A stretch of 64,000 bases of DNA from Saccharofermentanales bacterium (GTDB lineage: Bacteria > Bacillota > Clostridia > Saccharofermentanales > DTU023), in assembly GCA_050951925.1 (NCBI GenBank), contig JBMNJZ010000001.1:1427015-1491014 (forward strand), in the 5' to 3' direction. The notes beneath the pieces are model-generated. The model did not search any database and had not been told where the DNA came from. It saw only the letters and a list, made by a program, of their open reading frames with translations. Of this stretch, positions 9,123-19,466 are shown piece by piece (position 1 is the first letter of the stretch; each line of letters begins with the position of its first letter). Made by a program: the position numbers and the translations under genes.

Positions 9123-9887
9123 TTAATTTGCAGCCATTAGATCAATCTGGCAATCGATTTGCGGATAGTTCAACAAGCTGTCAATCACGTCAAAAGACGG
9201 GTTCAAATTCTCACCAGCCAAAAGCAACGGGGCTGTCAAAGAAATTTTTTCTTTTCGTACCGGGTGAATAAAATCCATTCTGTAGCTGTGAAGGGCTAAA
9301 GTCGGAACCCTTTGATCCAGCTCAGAGCCCTGACCATAGCGCCTATCACCTAATAAAGGCAGATTGCGCAAAGAAAACTGGACCCGAATCTGGTGCGGGC
9401 GTCCGGTTATAAGTTCGATTAGAACAAAAGAAAGGGGCTCATCCGCGACAGTGAGAGAAAACAATACCTTGTATTCAAGCGCCGCTTCTTTTCCCGCTGT
9501 AGAAGTGACCGCGTAATAACGACCGTTAATTCTATCAAGAGAAAGATAATCGCGGAACTCTCCCCCCGTTTCTTTTGGTTTCCCTTTGACTAGAGCCAGG
9601 TAATATTTGCCGACAAGATTATTCCTGAAAGCCTCAGACAATCTATCCGCTGCTTTTGAGGTAAGAGCAAAAATCATCAGACCGCTGGCCGGCTGATCGA
9701 GGCGATGTACCAGTCCCAGCCAGGCCTTTCCGGGTTTAGCTCTGGATTTTACAAGGTAATCCTTGATTAGATTGACCATATCAGGTCTCCCGGAGGCATC
9801 AGCCTGTGACAGCACGCCCGGTTTTTTAATAGCCGCCAGCACATGATTGTCTTCATATATTACTAATAGAGAATTATCAGATGTCAT
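9123..9887 (-). CDS. RluA-family pseudouridine synthase
   Basis: HRLDQPASGL catalytic-Asp motif and GRPHQIRVQ motif. I chose the start at MTSDNS (9887). The longer track ORF overlaps the divergent response-regulator start. Confidence 0.8.
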   Translation of the reverse strand: MTSDNSLLVIYEDNHVLAAIKKPGVLSQADASGRPDMVNLIKDYLVKSRAKPGKAWLGLVHRLDQPASGLMIFALTSKAADRLSEAFRNNLVGKYYLALVKGKPKETGGEFRDYLSLDRINGRYYAVTSTAGKEAALEYKVLFSLTVADEPLSFVLIELITGRPHQIRVQFSLRNLPLLGDRRYGQGSELDQRVPTLALHSYRMDFIHPVRKEKISLTAPLLLAGENLNPSFDVIDSLLNYPQIDCQIDLMAAN

Positions 9888-9960
9888 CGTTTTTTGCTCT
9901 GGTATAAAAACTGTAATGCTAACAATTATACAGTATAATAGATAAATCAGGAGGGCAGCT

Positions 9961-10650
9961 ATGACACCACATATTCTCATTTGCGACGATGATCATGTCG
10001 TGCATGAATCTTTAATTATCTATCTTGACGCTGAGAACTATACTCATATCTCTGCTTTTGATGGTTTGGAAGCCATAAAATTATGGGAAAGCGAGAAGCC
10101 GGATCTGATTATTCTTGATTTGATGATGCCCAAAATGTCAGGTATGGATGTCTGTCGCGAGATTCGAAAAAAGTCTAATGTTCCGGTTATCATGCTGACC
10201 GCCAGAGGTGAAGAAATTGACCGTATTCTGGGTTTGGAGCTGGGTGCCGATGATTATATTGTCAAGCCCTTTAGCCCGCGCGAAGTCATTGCCAGGATTA
10301 AAGCAGTACTGCGCCGATTCCATGATAATGACACCGGATCGGCCTCTTCTATATTGCGCTTTGAAGGTTTGGAAATTAGCCTTGACAATTATCAGGTCAA
10401 AGTCAAGGGAGAGAATGTGGCTTTCACACCTAAGGAAGTTGAGATTCTCCATCTCCTGGCTTCCCACGCGGGACAAGTCATGGACCGCGAGCAGATATTG
10501 TCCAAGGTCTGGGGTTATGATTATTTTGGCGATACCAGAACTGTTGATACTCATATTAAGCGCATCCGCCAGAAAATTGATCAAGCCGATGCCAAATACG
10601 GTCTGATTACAGTGTATGGCGTAGGTTATAAATTTGAAGCTGAAAAATGA
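9961..10650 (+). CDS. OmpR/PhoB-family response regulator
   Basis: Receiver domain (DD...D...K pattern, DLMMP) plus a winged-helix C-terminus (VDTHIKRIRQKI, GYKFE). Confidence 0.9.
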   Translation: MTPHILICDDDHVVHESLIIYLDAENYTHISAFDGLEAIKLWESEKPDLIILDLMMPKMSGMDVCREIRKKSNVPVIMLTARGEEIDRILGLELGADDYIVKPFSPREVIARIKAVLRRFHDNDTGSASSILRFEGLEISLDNYQVKVKGENVAFTPKEVEILHLLASHAGQVMDREQILSKVWGYDYFGDTRTVDTHIKRIRQKIDQADAKYGLITVYGVGYKFEAEK

Positions 10651-12665
10651 AAAACAGTTTCTTAGTACGTAGATTTTTTATTTTGCTAGTGGTAGCAGTT
10701 ATTCTCTGGACTGCTCTGACAGCAGTCTTCTACTCATTTATCGCCCAACCGGTTTTCACACGCATCAAAGTTAAAGAGATTACCCCTCGTATTGACGTCA
10801 TTTCGCGCCGGGTTGCCGGCACTACCAGTTATGACCCTTTTGTCAGCGATACTGTCTCCATGTCTTACGCCTTATTCGGCAATTGGATCTTTTTAGTTGA
10901 TCAGCAAGGCATAAAACTTCATACGGAAATCGAGTTTGAATCTCAGCAAGCCCGGGACACTCTGCTTAAACATGTATATGAGTCCCATCTGCAGATGTTA
11001 GATTCCGATGAAGAGGTCAAATCACGCATTGAACGGGTCCCGGATATTAAGGGCTCCCTGATCTTTGTTTCCGTGCCGATTAGAGCTGACGGCTTTCGAT
11101 ACGGAACCGTAGTAGCGGTTCATCCCATGCAGGAGATGAATGCCAGTATTCTTAGTTTAAATTTGGCTTTGCTGTTTTCCTCCCTGGTTGTTTTGCTGAT
11201 TATGACAGTGCCAGTTCTGATTGCAGCCTTTCGCATTGTACGACCCCTGCAGTCAATCCGAAATGTCGCAATAGCTATTTCTGCCGGCGACTTCACACAA
11301 AGAGCGGAAGAAAAAGAGGCAGGAGAAATCGGTGATCTCAGTAGAGCCATGAATCAATTAGCTTCGCAGCTTTCTCAGGCTTTCTCCGATTTACGAATTG
11401 AACGCAATCGTCTGCGTCAAATACTGGATGGCATACAGGAAGGGATCATCGCCACCGACAGCAATGGTTTGGTTACACATTCCAATACCGCGGTCTGGTC
11501 TGTTTTCGGCATCAAAGGCCCGGATTTAAAAGGCTTGTCCCCCGACGCTTTTCTGCGCACCTCGCGACTGGATAATTTCTTCAGTCAGGCTATGCGCACA
11601 TGTACAACCACACATGTAGTAATATCAAAAGATCATCGTCAAATCGACTGCCTCATCACACCTCTGGAAACAGATCAGCATGTCGTTGACGGTGCCGTTG
11701 GTCTCTTTCGGGATATAACGGAAGCCGAGCGTCTGGAAATGACCAGAAGAGACTATATTGCCAATGTCTCCCATGAACTGCGCACTCCCCTCACCGCCAT
11801 GCGCGGATTGCTTGAACCTCTAAGCGAAGGTATGGTCAAGTCTGACAGCGACCGGCAACGTTATTACGAAATTCTGATGCGGGAAACACATCGTTTGTCG
11901 CGCCTGATCAATGATATGCTTGAACTCTCGCGGATTCAGACCGGGGAAGCGATTATTAAGCAACAGGCATTCTCCATAGATCGCATGCTGTCCGATTTGA
12001 TCTTCAGATTCCAGCTTACTGCTGAGGAGAGCAATCTAACCCTGAGTTTGGAAAACGAACATCCCCTGCATGAAATCCCCTCGCTGTGGGGTAATCCTGA
12101 CCGAGTAGAACAGATTCTTGTTATCCTGCTCGACAATGCAATCAAATATACGCCGGAAGAGGGCAAGATCGTCATCAAAGTCAGAGAGCAGGAGCAACAT
12201 TTAGCAATCGTTGTCCATAATTCGGGACCCGGTATCAGAGGCGAAGATATTGATCATGTCTTCGACCGCTTTTTCAAGGCTGATCGCGCCCATGCTCAAC
12301 CCGGAACCGGCCTTGGTCTTTCTATTGCTAAAGAACTTGCAGCCCATATGGGACACGATCTGGATGTTCATAGCGAACCGGGTCAGGGGGCGGATTTTCG
12401 TCTTTTAATTCCCTATGCGGACACAATTATGAATTCCCAGCAAAATATTAAGGAAGTATTTTCCAGCCTGCCCGAAGACCACGAATTAGTCATAGACAGC
12501 ATTGACGAAGACGTCATCAATCCATCCGGCTCCTCTGAGTCCGGATACGCCGGCGATCAGGCCATAATCAGTACCGAAACGGATACCAGGGACCTGTCGC
12601 TGTCAGATGCCATCAAATCTCTATTCAAAAATAAGGATTCTCACGATGAGCAAGATCCGAATTAA
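10647..12665 (+). CDS. Sensor histidine kinase (2 TM, HAMP, PAS, HisKA, HATPase_c)
   Basis: H-box SHELRTPL, N-box LLDNAIKYT, G-boxes GTGLGLSI. Overlaps the response-regulator stop (ATGA). Confidence 0.9.
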   Translation: MKNSFLVRRFFILLVVAVILWTALTAVFYSFIAQPVFTRIKVKEITPRIDVISRRVAGTTSYDPFVSDTVSMSYALFGNWIFLVDQQGIKLHTEIEFESQQARDTLLKHVYESHLQMLDSDEEVKSRIERVPDIKGSLIFVSVPIRADGFRYGTVVAVHPMQEMNASILSLNLALLFSSLVVLLIMTVPVLIAAFRIVRPLQSIRNVAIAISAGDFTQRAEEKEAGEIGDLSRAMNQLASQLSQAFSDLRIERNRLRQILDGIQEGIIATDSNGLVTHSNTAVWSVFGIKGPDLKGLSPDAFLRTSRLDNFFSQAMRTCTTTHVVISKDHRQIDCLITPLETDQHVVDGAVGLFRDITEAERLEMTRRDYIANVSHELRTPLTAMRGLLEPLSEGMVKSDSDRQRYYEILMRETHRLSRLINDMLELSRIQTGEAIIKQQAFSIDRMLSDLIFRFQLTAEESNLTLSLENEHPLHEIPSLWGNPDRVEQILVILLDNAIKYTPEEGKIVIKVREQEQHLAIVVHNSGPGIRGEDIDHVFDRFFKADRAHAQPGTGLGLSIAKELAAHMGHDLDVHSEPGQGADFRLLIPYADTIMNSQQNIKEVFSSLPEDHELVIDSIDEDVINPSGSSESGYAGDQAIISTETDTRDLSLSDAIKSLFKNKDSHDEQDPN

Positions 12666-13356
12666 TCGATATATCTCTGCCGCCGGATACTGTAGCAGAC
12701 GTGAGGCGGACAAATTGATTAAGGCCGGTCTTGTAAGGCTCAATGGTAAGCTTGCCAAAATCGGCGATCTGATCGGCGTTAAGGATATTGTCAAGATTGA
12801 TGGCGAAACCATCGTACCACTTGAGCAAGATCTGCTAGTGTATCTGGCCTTCCATAAACCTGTCGGGATTACTACCACTACCGATAGGAGAAGAAAGGAT
12901 AATATCATCGATTATCTCAATTATCCAAAGCGAATCTTTCCGATCGGCAGATTAGACAGAATGTCAGAAGGTCTGATCTTATTGACTAATGACGGGTCAA
13001 TGGTTAACCCTATTTTGCGGGCAGAGAATAAGCATGAAAAGGAATATGAAGTCGTTGTCAATAAAATAATCAATGATGAGGAGCTTTGGCAACTGCAGAA
13101 CGGAGTTCCGGTTCTGGGACAGATCACAAAATTCAGTAAAATCAAACGCTTAGGCAAAAACTCTTTTCGCATTATTCTGACTCAAGGCTTAAACCGTCAG
13201 ATTCGGCGCATGTGCGAATATCTGGGCTTTGAGGTTGTCTCCTTAAAGCGGATCAGAATTATGCATATTAATCTTGGCAATCTGGCGCCGGGGACCTGGC
13301 GTTATTTGACCTATAAAGAATTGGCTGAATTAAAGCGACTGACAGGCAATTTGTAA
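12646..13356 (+). CDS. RsuA/RluF-family pseudouridine synthase with S4 domain
   Basis: S4 motif (INRYISAAGYCSRREADKLI) and catalytic GRLDRMSEGLILLTNDG. Start taken at MSKIRINRY. Confidence 0.85.
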   Translation: MSKIRINRYISAAGYCSRREADKLIKAGLVRLNGKLAKIGDLIGVKDIVKIDGETIVPLEQDLLVYLAFHKPVGITTTTDRRRKDNIIDYLNYPKRIFPIGRLDRMSEGLILLTNDGSMVNPILRAENKHEKEYEVVVNKIINDEELWQLQNGVPVLGQITKFSKIKRLGKNSFRIILTQGLNRQIRRMCEYLGFEVVSLKRIRIMHINLGNLAPGTWRYLTYKELAELKRLTGNL

Positions 13357-13361
13357 TATTG

Positions 13362-13856
13362 CTACACATCTTCTGCCTTGAAAGAAATGCAGATTTCCCC
13401 TAGCTCAGGCTCCAGCTTAACCAACTCTACACCGGCTGACATCAGCATTCGTTTGGAAGCTATGACAACATCCGTTTCGCTGTATTTATCCGATAGATAT
13501 AGTACTTTTGTAATACCGGATTGTATGATAGCTTTGGCGCACTCATTGCAGGGAAATAAAGGCACATAGATGCGGCAACCCTGCAAGTCACGGCCGGAGG
13601 CGTTCAAAATAGCATTTAATTCCGCGTGACAGACATAGAGATATTTTGTCTCCAGGGCGTCTCCACTGCGGCTCCAAGGAAATTCATCATCACTGCAGCC
13701 ATATGGCATGCCATTATAGCCGATACTGACAATTTTATTTTGTGGCGATACAATGCAGGCACCCACCTGTGTGCCCGGATCTTTACTCCGTCTGGCAGCC
13801 AGCAGCGCAACACCGAGAAAATAATCATCCCATGAAATATAATCAGCTCTTTTCAT
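13362..13856 (-). CDS. comEB: dCMP deaminase (ComEB-type)
   Basis: Zinc motifs HAELNAI and PCNECAKAI. Start taken at MKRADY, overlapping the upstream stop. Confidence 0.85.
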   Translation of the reverse strand: MKRADYISWDDYFLGVALLAARRSKDPGTQVGACIVSPQNKIVSIGYNGMPYGCSDDEFPWSRSGDALETKYLYVCHAELNAILNASGRDLQGCRIYVPLFPCNECAKAIIQSGITKVLYLSDKYSETDVVIASKRMLMSAGVELVKLEPELGEICISFKAEDV

Positions 13857-16800
13857 ATTAGGCTCTCTATTTCTATGCGCTGCTTGACCCGGGTTTTCCA
13901 CAAGCCGTGAACAGTACAGAATTCATAGACTTCGGCAGGTTCATTTTTGAGCATAAATTCGATATCGCCTTCATCCTGATCAGGGAAACAAATCTGATAA
14001 CGATTGCCTTGTACCACAGCAACCCAGGTAATTACGCCATCAGCGGCTTGCTCATGATCAGTTCTGGCTTTGACAATGATGCCGCGATCCGTTTTTTCCA
14101 CTAAAGGCGTATGGTCATAAACATCATCACCGGTTGTCTTGGCCTCGAGAAGTTCCATAGGCTCATCACAACATATAAGCTCACCTGCTCCTTCATTCAA
14201 TAGAACAACGAGATTAGCACAGGCATCGCAATAATAGAAACGAATCTTTTTCATATCATTCCCCCTGTCAGAAATATAAGTTATTCCTTCATCCAATATT
14301 TCATCAGTACTGAAAGTTGAATCTTGTGCGGTAATAAAAGCTAAGGACATCTGCTCGCGTTCGGATTTGCGGCGCCGCAAAATATAAATTATTAATTTAA
14401 TCAAAGCTATCATCAACAAAATAGCCAGAGCAATTAGAGTAATCGCGGCACCATCTCTGAAGCCATAGGGCAGGAAGGACATTTCAACAGTATGTTCGCC
14501 CGCTTCCAGCTCCAATGCCATCAGAGAATCATTAACTGTCAGGATAGTCTGAGGCTTACCGCCTACTTCCGCTGTCCAACCGCGGTCATAAGGAATAGTC
14601 AATAAGAGCAAACCGGCTTCGGGCATCGTGATCCTGCCACTAAAATAAGTATCCGAGAAATCTGTCAAGTCAAGCTGCGCCGCTTGCAAACGGTGGAAAC
14701 CGGCGGTAAATGCTTCTTGATCCAATTTTGCAGCATATAATTCAATTTCTCCTGATTTTTCCGCTTTAGCGCTGAGGCTAATCTCAATACTAGCGGTCTG
14801 CCCTGCCTCGAGATAGCCAACTTCCGCATTGCCAATTGCCTTGGCTGAGAAATTGAAGCTTCTGTCTTCGATTGTGATCTTTCCTGAGGAAGTGCGGTGG
14901 CCTCTCATATCGAAGGCCAGATTATAAGTACCCGCCTCAGCCGCTGTTAATAGGAAAGTATAAGTTGGGGTACTGTCATCGGAGTTTTTCTCAAAACTGA
15001 AGATATTATCTGATTCACCATAATAATCAATATTCCCTTGCAGTGCCGGTCCGATTTCAAGCGGCATATCAACGAAAACATCTGAAAACTCAGGATCCAT
15101 GGCGCAGAGCAAGCGATTTTGATTTTCGAGCGGATTTTCACCGGCACTGTCATAATGCAGAACTCCAGAAGATACCTTGTATCCCAAGTTCAAAGCATAG
15201 GGATTTTCCAACGCTTCAACATCATCATTAGACAAAACTAAATACCTATTTGAATCCTGCCAGTAATCCTTGTTGCGCAAGATCAGATAGCGGATGCCGA
15301 ATAAACTATCAAGGACAATATTCGATCCGTCATACTTATAACTGTTAATGCCATTGCTGAATAAACCTAATTCTTTAAAAAAACGAACCGGTTTCTCCGG
15401 AACAGTTGAATCAAAAAGAGTCAGACCCTTTAGGCCATATAGGCAAGGATCATTAGAGGTTTTAGCAGGATAGACCTCAGTACGGAAAAAAGAGGTATCT
15501 TCAGTAAAATCCTCCAACTGTATTGCTGCGGCACGCACCGATTCCGCTACCGGACCGCTGGCATAACCGTCCCGACTGCCAAAATATTCATTTTTATCGA
15601 GATAATAAAGCCCGGTACAAGTGGAAAAAACCGACTCTACAATAATTACGGCAAGTAGCAAAAGAGTCACCGGTCTCCTGCGCTGCTCGGCATCCAACAA
15701 ACGGATAAAAACTACTGTGTACAGCAAAAGAAAAACAATGCTGATTAAAGCGCTGTAACTTGAGGCTTTATTTTCACCCATTTTCTCAACCACGATAATC
15801 AATGCAATCAGGGTAAATGCAAAACAGAAAATAGTCTCCCGTCTTAGCTGTCTAATGCCCGGAAGAGCCTCATATAGAAAGGTCAGGATAACAAAAATAT
15901 AGACAAATGAATTTCTGAAAGGCAGCTGATTGGGATAATGGAAACCATGCCAGATAAAGTTGAGAATATTAGTACTGAAGCTTAAAATCATAAAAGCAAT
16001 AACTGACAGACTAAGAACTCGGTCTCTCAATTTAACCCTTGAGTTCAGAAAAGCAATAGGCAAAAGGAGTAAAACCGGAATTCCCGAATAAAGATTGGGA
16101 AAACCGCTGCGAACCGTAGGCTCAACCAACAAAAGATGTTGGCCGAAATAGTCAAATAAGGTGGCAACTTTCTCAACTGCAGTCGGAAAAGTATCATTCG
16201 CTGCGGAAGTGACCTGCATAGCCAGGTAAGTCGGCCAGAGCATAAAAGCAGAAAGACCTGCGCCCAGTGCGGTAAAAAATACAGTTTTCACTGTGGTCAG
16301 CAACTTTATCAACGGTCTATGTTCCGGCGCGAAACGAAACAAGAACGGAAGGTATAATAATGCAGCCATGAGGCAGACAAACCAGGCCATATAGAAATTG
16401 ACGAATAACAGATAAGCCAAACTCAAAGTATAAAGCCAGAATTTGTTATCCCTGATCAGGTAAACCATTCCCAAAATTACCAACGGCGCCACATATAATG
16501 AATCAAGCCACATGATATTCCAGCTATAAGCAATCACATAGGAAGAAACAGCATACATGGTTGAAAAGCCAACAGCCAGCGGACCATGCTTCCGGAAAGT
16601 TTTTCTAAGGAACATATTAAAAGTAAAGCCTGCCAGAGACAGTTTAATTAATGTCAGCAGTAAAATTCCTTCCGTCAGGAATGCCGCGGGAAAGAGCAAA
16701 AGGATTAAATTTAAGGGGCTGGCCAGATAATATGCGCTCAGAGCATAGAAATTAACTCCCAATCCGCCGGCGAAACTGTAAAATAAACTGTCGCCGCTAA

Positions 16801-17008
16801 GAATTTTTGTTCGCAATTCAGCAAGAAAGGGCGCATATTGATGATAAAGATCCACTGTCAAAATATGTTTATCGCCAAAGGGGAAAATTGCTCTGGTGGC
16901 GTATGCAATCGATAAAATCAGAAAAGGCAGGAAGAACGACATTACCGCATAGCTGCGGTCCGCCTGTCTGGTTAAATCACGTTTAGATTCTAAACTGCGA
17001 TCAGGCAT
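13853..17008 (-). CDS. YfhO-family polytopic membrane protein fused in frame to a C-terminal desulfoferrodoxin-like domain
   Basis: About 900 aa with many TM helices plus a large extracytoplasmic domain, typical of YfhO. A final TM and RRRK follow. The last 133 aa (13853-14254) carry CxxC...CC (desulforedoxin-type) and a partial SOR-type His/Cys ligand set. Confidence 0.7.
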   Translation of the reverse strand: MPDRSLESKRDLTRQADRSYAVMSFFLPFLILSIAYATRAIFPFGDKHILTVDLYHQYAPFLAELRTKILSGDSLFYSFAGGLGVNFYALSAYYLASPLNLILLLFPAAFLTEGILLLTLIKLSLAGFTFNMFLRKTFRKHGPLAVGFSTMYAVSSYVIAYSWNIMWLDSLYVAPLVILGMVYLIRDNKFWLYTLSLAYLLFVNFYMAWFVCLMAALLYLPFLFRFAPEHRPLIKLLTTVKTVFFTALGAGLSAFMLWPTYLAMQVTSAANDTFPTAVEKVATLFDYFGQHLLLVEPTVRSGFPNLYSGIPVLLLLPIAFLNSRVKLRDRVLSLSVIAFMILSFSTNILNFIWHGFHYPNQLPFRNSFVYIFVILTFLYEALPGIRQLRRETIFCFAFTLIALIIVVEKMGENKASSYSALISIVFLLLYTVVFIRLLDAEQRRRPVTLLLLAVIIVESVFSTCTGLYYLDKNEYFGSRDGYASGPVAESVRAAAIQLEDFTEDTSFFRTEVYPAKTSNDPCLYGLKGLTLFDSTVPEKPVRFFKELGLFSNGINSYKYDGSNIVLDSLFGIRYLILRNKDYWQDSNRYLVLSNDDVEALENPYALNLGYKVSSGVLHYDSAGENPLENQNRLLCAMDPEFSDVFVDMPLEIGPALQGNIDYYGESDNIFSFEKNSDDSTPTYTFLLTAAEAGTYNLAFDMRGHRTSSGKITIEDRSFNFSAKAIGNAEVGYLEAGQTASIEISLSAKAEKSGEIELYAAKLDQEAFTAGFHRLQAAQLDLTDFSDTYFSGRITMPEAGLLLLTIPYDRGWTAEVGGKPQTILTVNDSLMALELEAGEHTVEMSFLPYGFRDGAAITLIALAILLMIALIKLIIYILRRRKSEREQMSLAFITAQDSTFSTDEILDEGITYISDRGNDMKKIRFYYCDACANLVVLLNEGAGELICCDEPMELLEAKTTGDDVYDHTPLVEKTDRGIIVKARTDHEQAADGVITWVAVVQGNRYQICFPDQDEGDIEFMLKNEPAEVYEFCTVHGLWKTRVKQRIEIESLI

Positions 17009-17065
17009 AGTTTTTCCTACCTTACAATTTAGTTAAGTATAACACTTCAGATATTTCACATGGAT

Positions 17066-17093
17066 GAAAAAGCGACTACATTTTATAGTCGCT
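17066..17093 (-). terminator. Intrinsic terminator
   Basis: Minus strand: AAGCGACTA-TAAAATG-TAGTCGCTT followed by TTTC, downstream of the 17119..17658 gene. Confidence 0.6.
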
Positions 17094-17118
17094 TAGTCCT
17101 TGCATAATCAAAACAAAT

Positions 17119-17658
17119 TTAGAAAAAGGTCTTCTTGTCTTTCTTATTCTTCTTGGTTTTCTTTTTAGTTTTCTTCTTGCCGCCTGCTTTCTTCAGGATG
17201 GCAGATAATCTCTTCACTGCATTAACAGCAGCAATGACCTGTTGAAGAGTGCTCCTTGGGGATTTTCTTTTACTTTTGCGGGAAAAGAAAGACTGAACAG
17301 AATCCACAATGCCAATCGTTGCGGAACCCACAGTTTCCACAACATCAGCCGCAGTTCCGCTGACTGCCTCTACATCTTCAAGGATTGCAGGTATAGTGTC
17401 GCCGGCTTGTTCCGTAATCAGAGAAATATCCTCGATTATCACATCAACTTTTTCCAGCAACACGGGCAGTTGTCGGATAGTATCGGTAAGAGCAGTTCTG
17501 TTTGCCTTAAGTAGATTATTTGTTTCTTTGACGGTCTGAGCAGCTCGGATCAGGAGCATTGTCAGAGCTATCAATGCTGCCGCACCACAAAGGATTACCA
17601 GTGCTAGCAGTAAATCTGTAAGTTCAATGGTCACAGCAAGATATACTAGGTACTGCAT
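17119..17658 (-). CDS. DUF948-like membrane-anchored coiled-coil protein with Lys-rich tail
   Basis: N-terminal TM, helical repeats, C-terminal KKKTKKKTKKNKKDKK. The family assignment is from memory of DUF948 architecture. Confidence 0.45.
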   Translation of the reverse strand: MQYLVYLAVTIELTDLLLALVILCGAAALIALTMLLIRAAQTVKETNNLLKANRTALTDTIRQLPVLLEKVDVIIEDISLITEQAGDTIPAILEDVEAVSGTAADVVETVGSATIGIVDSVQSFFSRKSKRKSPRSTLQQVIAAVNAVKRLSAILKKAGGKKKTKKKTKKNKKDKKTFF

Positions 17659-17766
17659 ACTAATCTCCTAATCTGTTATCTGCTCAATTTGAGGCCGGAG
17701 AGCGATATCAAGTCAAAAATTTGCTGTAGATTTTGTTTAAACATCTGTCTTTGCTTCTTTAGCAGC

Positions 17767-18060
17767 CTAATCTTCGATGTCCTCGGCAAACTCAGCATCA
17801 TCCTTGTTCAGCATGGATTTAACTTCCTGAAATTTCTCTTTTGCGGTTTCAGCGGCTTTGCAACCAAATTCACGGGCTTTCTCTACGCCAACTTCAAAAC
17901 CGGCCTTTATATCTGCTCGCGTTTCCTTGCCTGATTGCGGCGCCAGAAGCAAAGCTGTTACTCCGCCGATAATTACTCCGCCCAATAGTCCCAGGAGTGT
18001 TCCTTTACAAACATTTGACTTATCAGTCACGCCAAAATAATTTTTTAGTCCTCTTGTCAT
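17767..18060 (-). CDS. YtxH-like general stress protein
   Basis: Gly-rich TM followed by LLAPQSGKETR, the characteristic YtxH motif. Confidence 0.6.
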   Translation of the reverse strand: MTRGLKNYFGVTDKSNVCKGTLLGLLGGVIIGGVTALLLAPQSGKETRADIKAGFEVGVEKAREFGCKAAETAKEKFQEVKSMLNKDDAEFAEDIED

Positions 18061-18278
18061 GTTTTTGTCCTCACAATTTATCTATTTGCGCATTATCGGG
18101 CACATACCGATTGACAGCCATTCCATTTCTCTAAATATATTTAAGTTGTCAGCCAGACTTACTTCTCAGTATATCTGAGGTGGGCTTCAAGCCCATATGT
18201 TAATTAAGAAACATAATAGCTGTATTGCTCATAATACACGAATTTGGTCAGCTTGTCCCGATTAATCTAATTATTTAA

Positions 18279-19451
18279 CTATCCAGAATTCTTGCGCCAG
18301 GAAAAACTGCCAATTACAACTTCATTGCAATCGCCGGCGCAGATCTCAGTCCGGCCAATAATTCGTGTCTCAATCTGATACTTTGCCGCAATTGCCATCA
18401 GATCTGCTGAAATAGCCGGATTGCAATAGATTTCCATACGGTGTCCCATATTGAAAACTCGGTACATTTCCTTTTCGCTAATCTGGCCGGTATTGAGAAT
18501 AGCTTGAAATAATGCCGGCATTGGAAACAGATTGTCCTTAACATATCGGATGCCTTTGGCAAAATCAATACATTTTACCTGTCCGCCGCCTGTACAATGG
18601 ATGATGCCGTGAATGTTATCACGATGGGTCTCCAACATTTCCTTTACCGGCGGCAGATAAGATCTTGTAGGTGATAATAAAGCCTCGCCGATACTCAAAC
18701 TACTGCCTGGCAGTTTATCCTCAAGCAGATATGAACCTGTGTATACTTTGTCATCAGCTATTGTTTCGGAATAAGATTCAGGATACTTCTCAGCATAGAC
18801 ATGGTGCAGAAGCAGATGCCTGGCTGCGGTTAAGCCATTGGAGGAAAGGCCGGAATTCTCTTGCTCTTCATATATTGCCCTGCCGGTCGATGACAGGCCT
18901 ACAATATCAAGGCCGGGTTTAATCGCGCCTATATTAACTACTTTGTTGCGGGGCAATCTCGCCATCATCGTGCTGTCGCAGATAACTGTTCTGACCAGAT
19001 CACCGACATCAGCAGTCTCTCCTCCTGTCATTATTATTTTTATTCCATATTCAGCCAAGCGGGATATTGCTTTGTCATATCCTGCTATTATGCCAACTAA
19101 AATATTGCCGTGGATACGATGAGCATTTCTGCCAATGGTGTTCGATAGTAGGAAAGGCCCGGTTGCGCCGATTGCCAATAAATCATCCGAATTCATAACC
19201 AAAGAATCTTGGGCAATCCCTTCAAACCAAGTGCAATCACCGGTTTCACGATACATTAAATATGCCATAGCCGACTTGGTACCGGCGCCATCAGCATGAA
19301 AAGCAGCGCACCATTCCGGATCCCCTGACGGATCAGGGATAATTTTGCAAAATGAACCTGGAAATAATCCGGGGTCTTGTTGTGAAATTGCCGCTTTCAC
19401 ATCATCCTTGGTCGGAGAAACCCCGCGCGACAAATAAGCTTCAGAAGTCAT
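18279..19451 (-). CDS. purM: PurM-like AIR synthase family protein (long form)
   Basis: PurM/AIR-synthase-like N- and C-terminal domains. I set the start at ATG 19451, preceded by GGAGGACAAA. The track start at 19511 lies inside the RNase P RNA. Confidence 0.65.
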   Translation of the reverse strand: MTSEAYLSRGVSPTKDDVKAAISQQDPGLFPGSFCKIIPDPSGDPEWCAAFHADGAGTKSAMAYLMYRETGDCTWFEGIAQDSLVMNSDDLLAIGATGPFLLSNTIGRNAHRIHGNILVGIIAGYDKAISRLAEYGIKIIMTGGETADVGDLVRTVICDSTMMARLPRNKVVNIGAIKPGLDIVGLSSTGRAIYEEQENSGLSSNGLTAARHLLLHHVYAEKYPESYSETIADDKVYTGSYLLEDKLPGSSLSIGEALLSPTRSYLPPVKEMLETHRDNIHGIIHCTGGGQVKCIDFAKGIRYVKDNLFPMPALFQAILNTGQISEKEMYRVFNMGHRMEIYCNPAISADLMAIAAKYQIETRIIGRTEICAGDCNEVVIGSFSWRKNSG

Positions 19452-19466
19452 TTTGTCCTCCAATAT

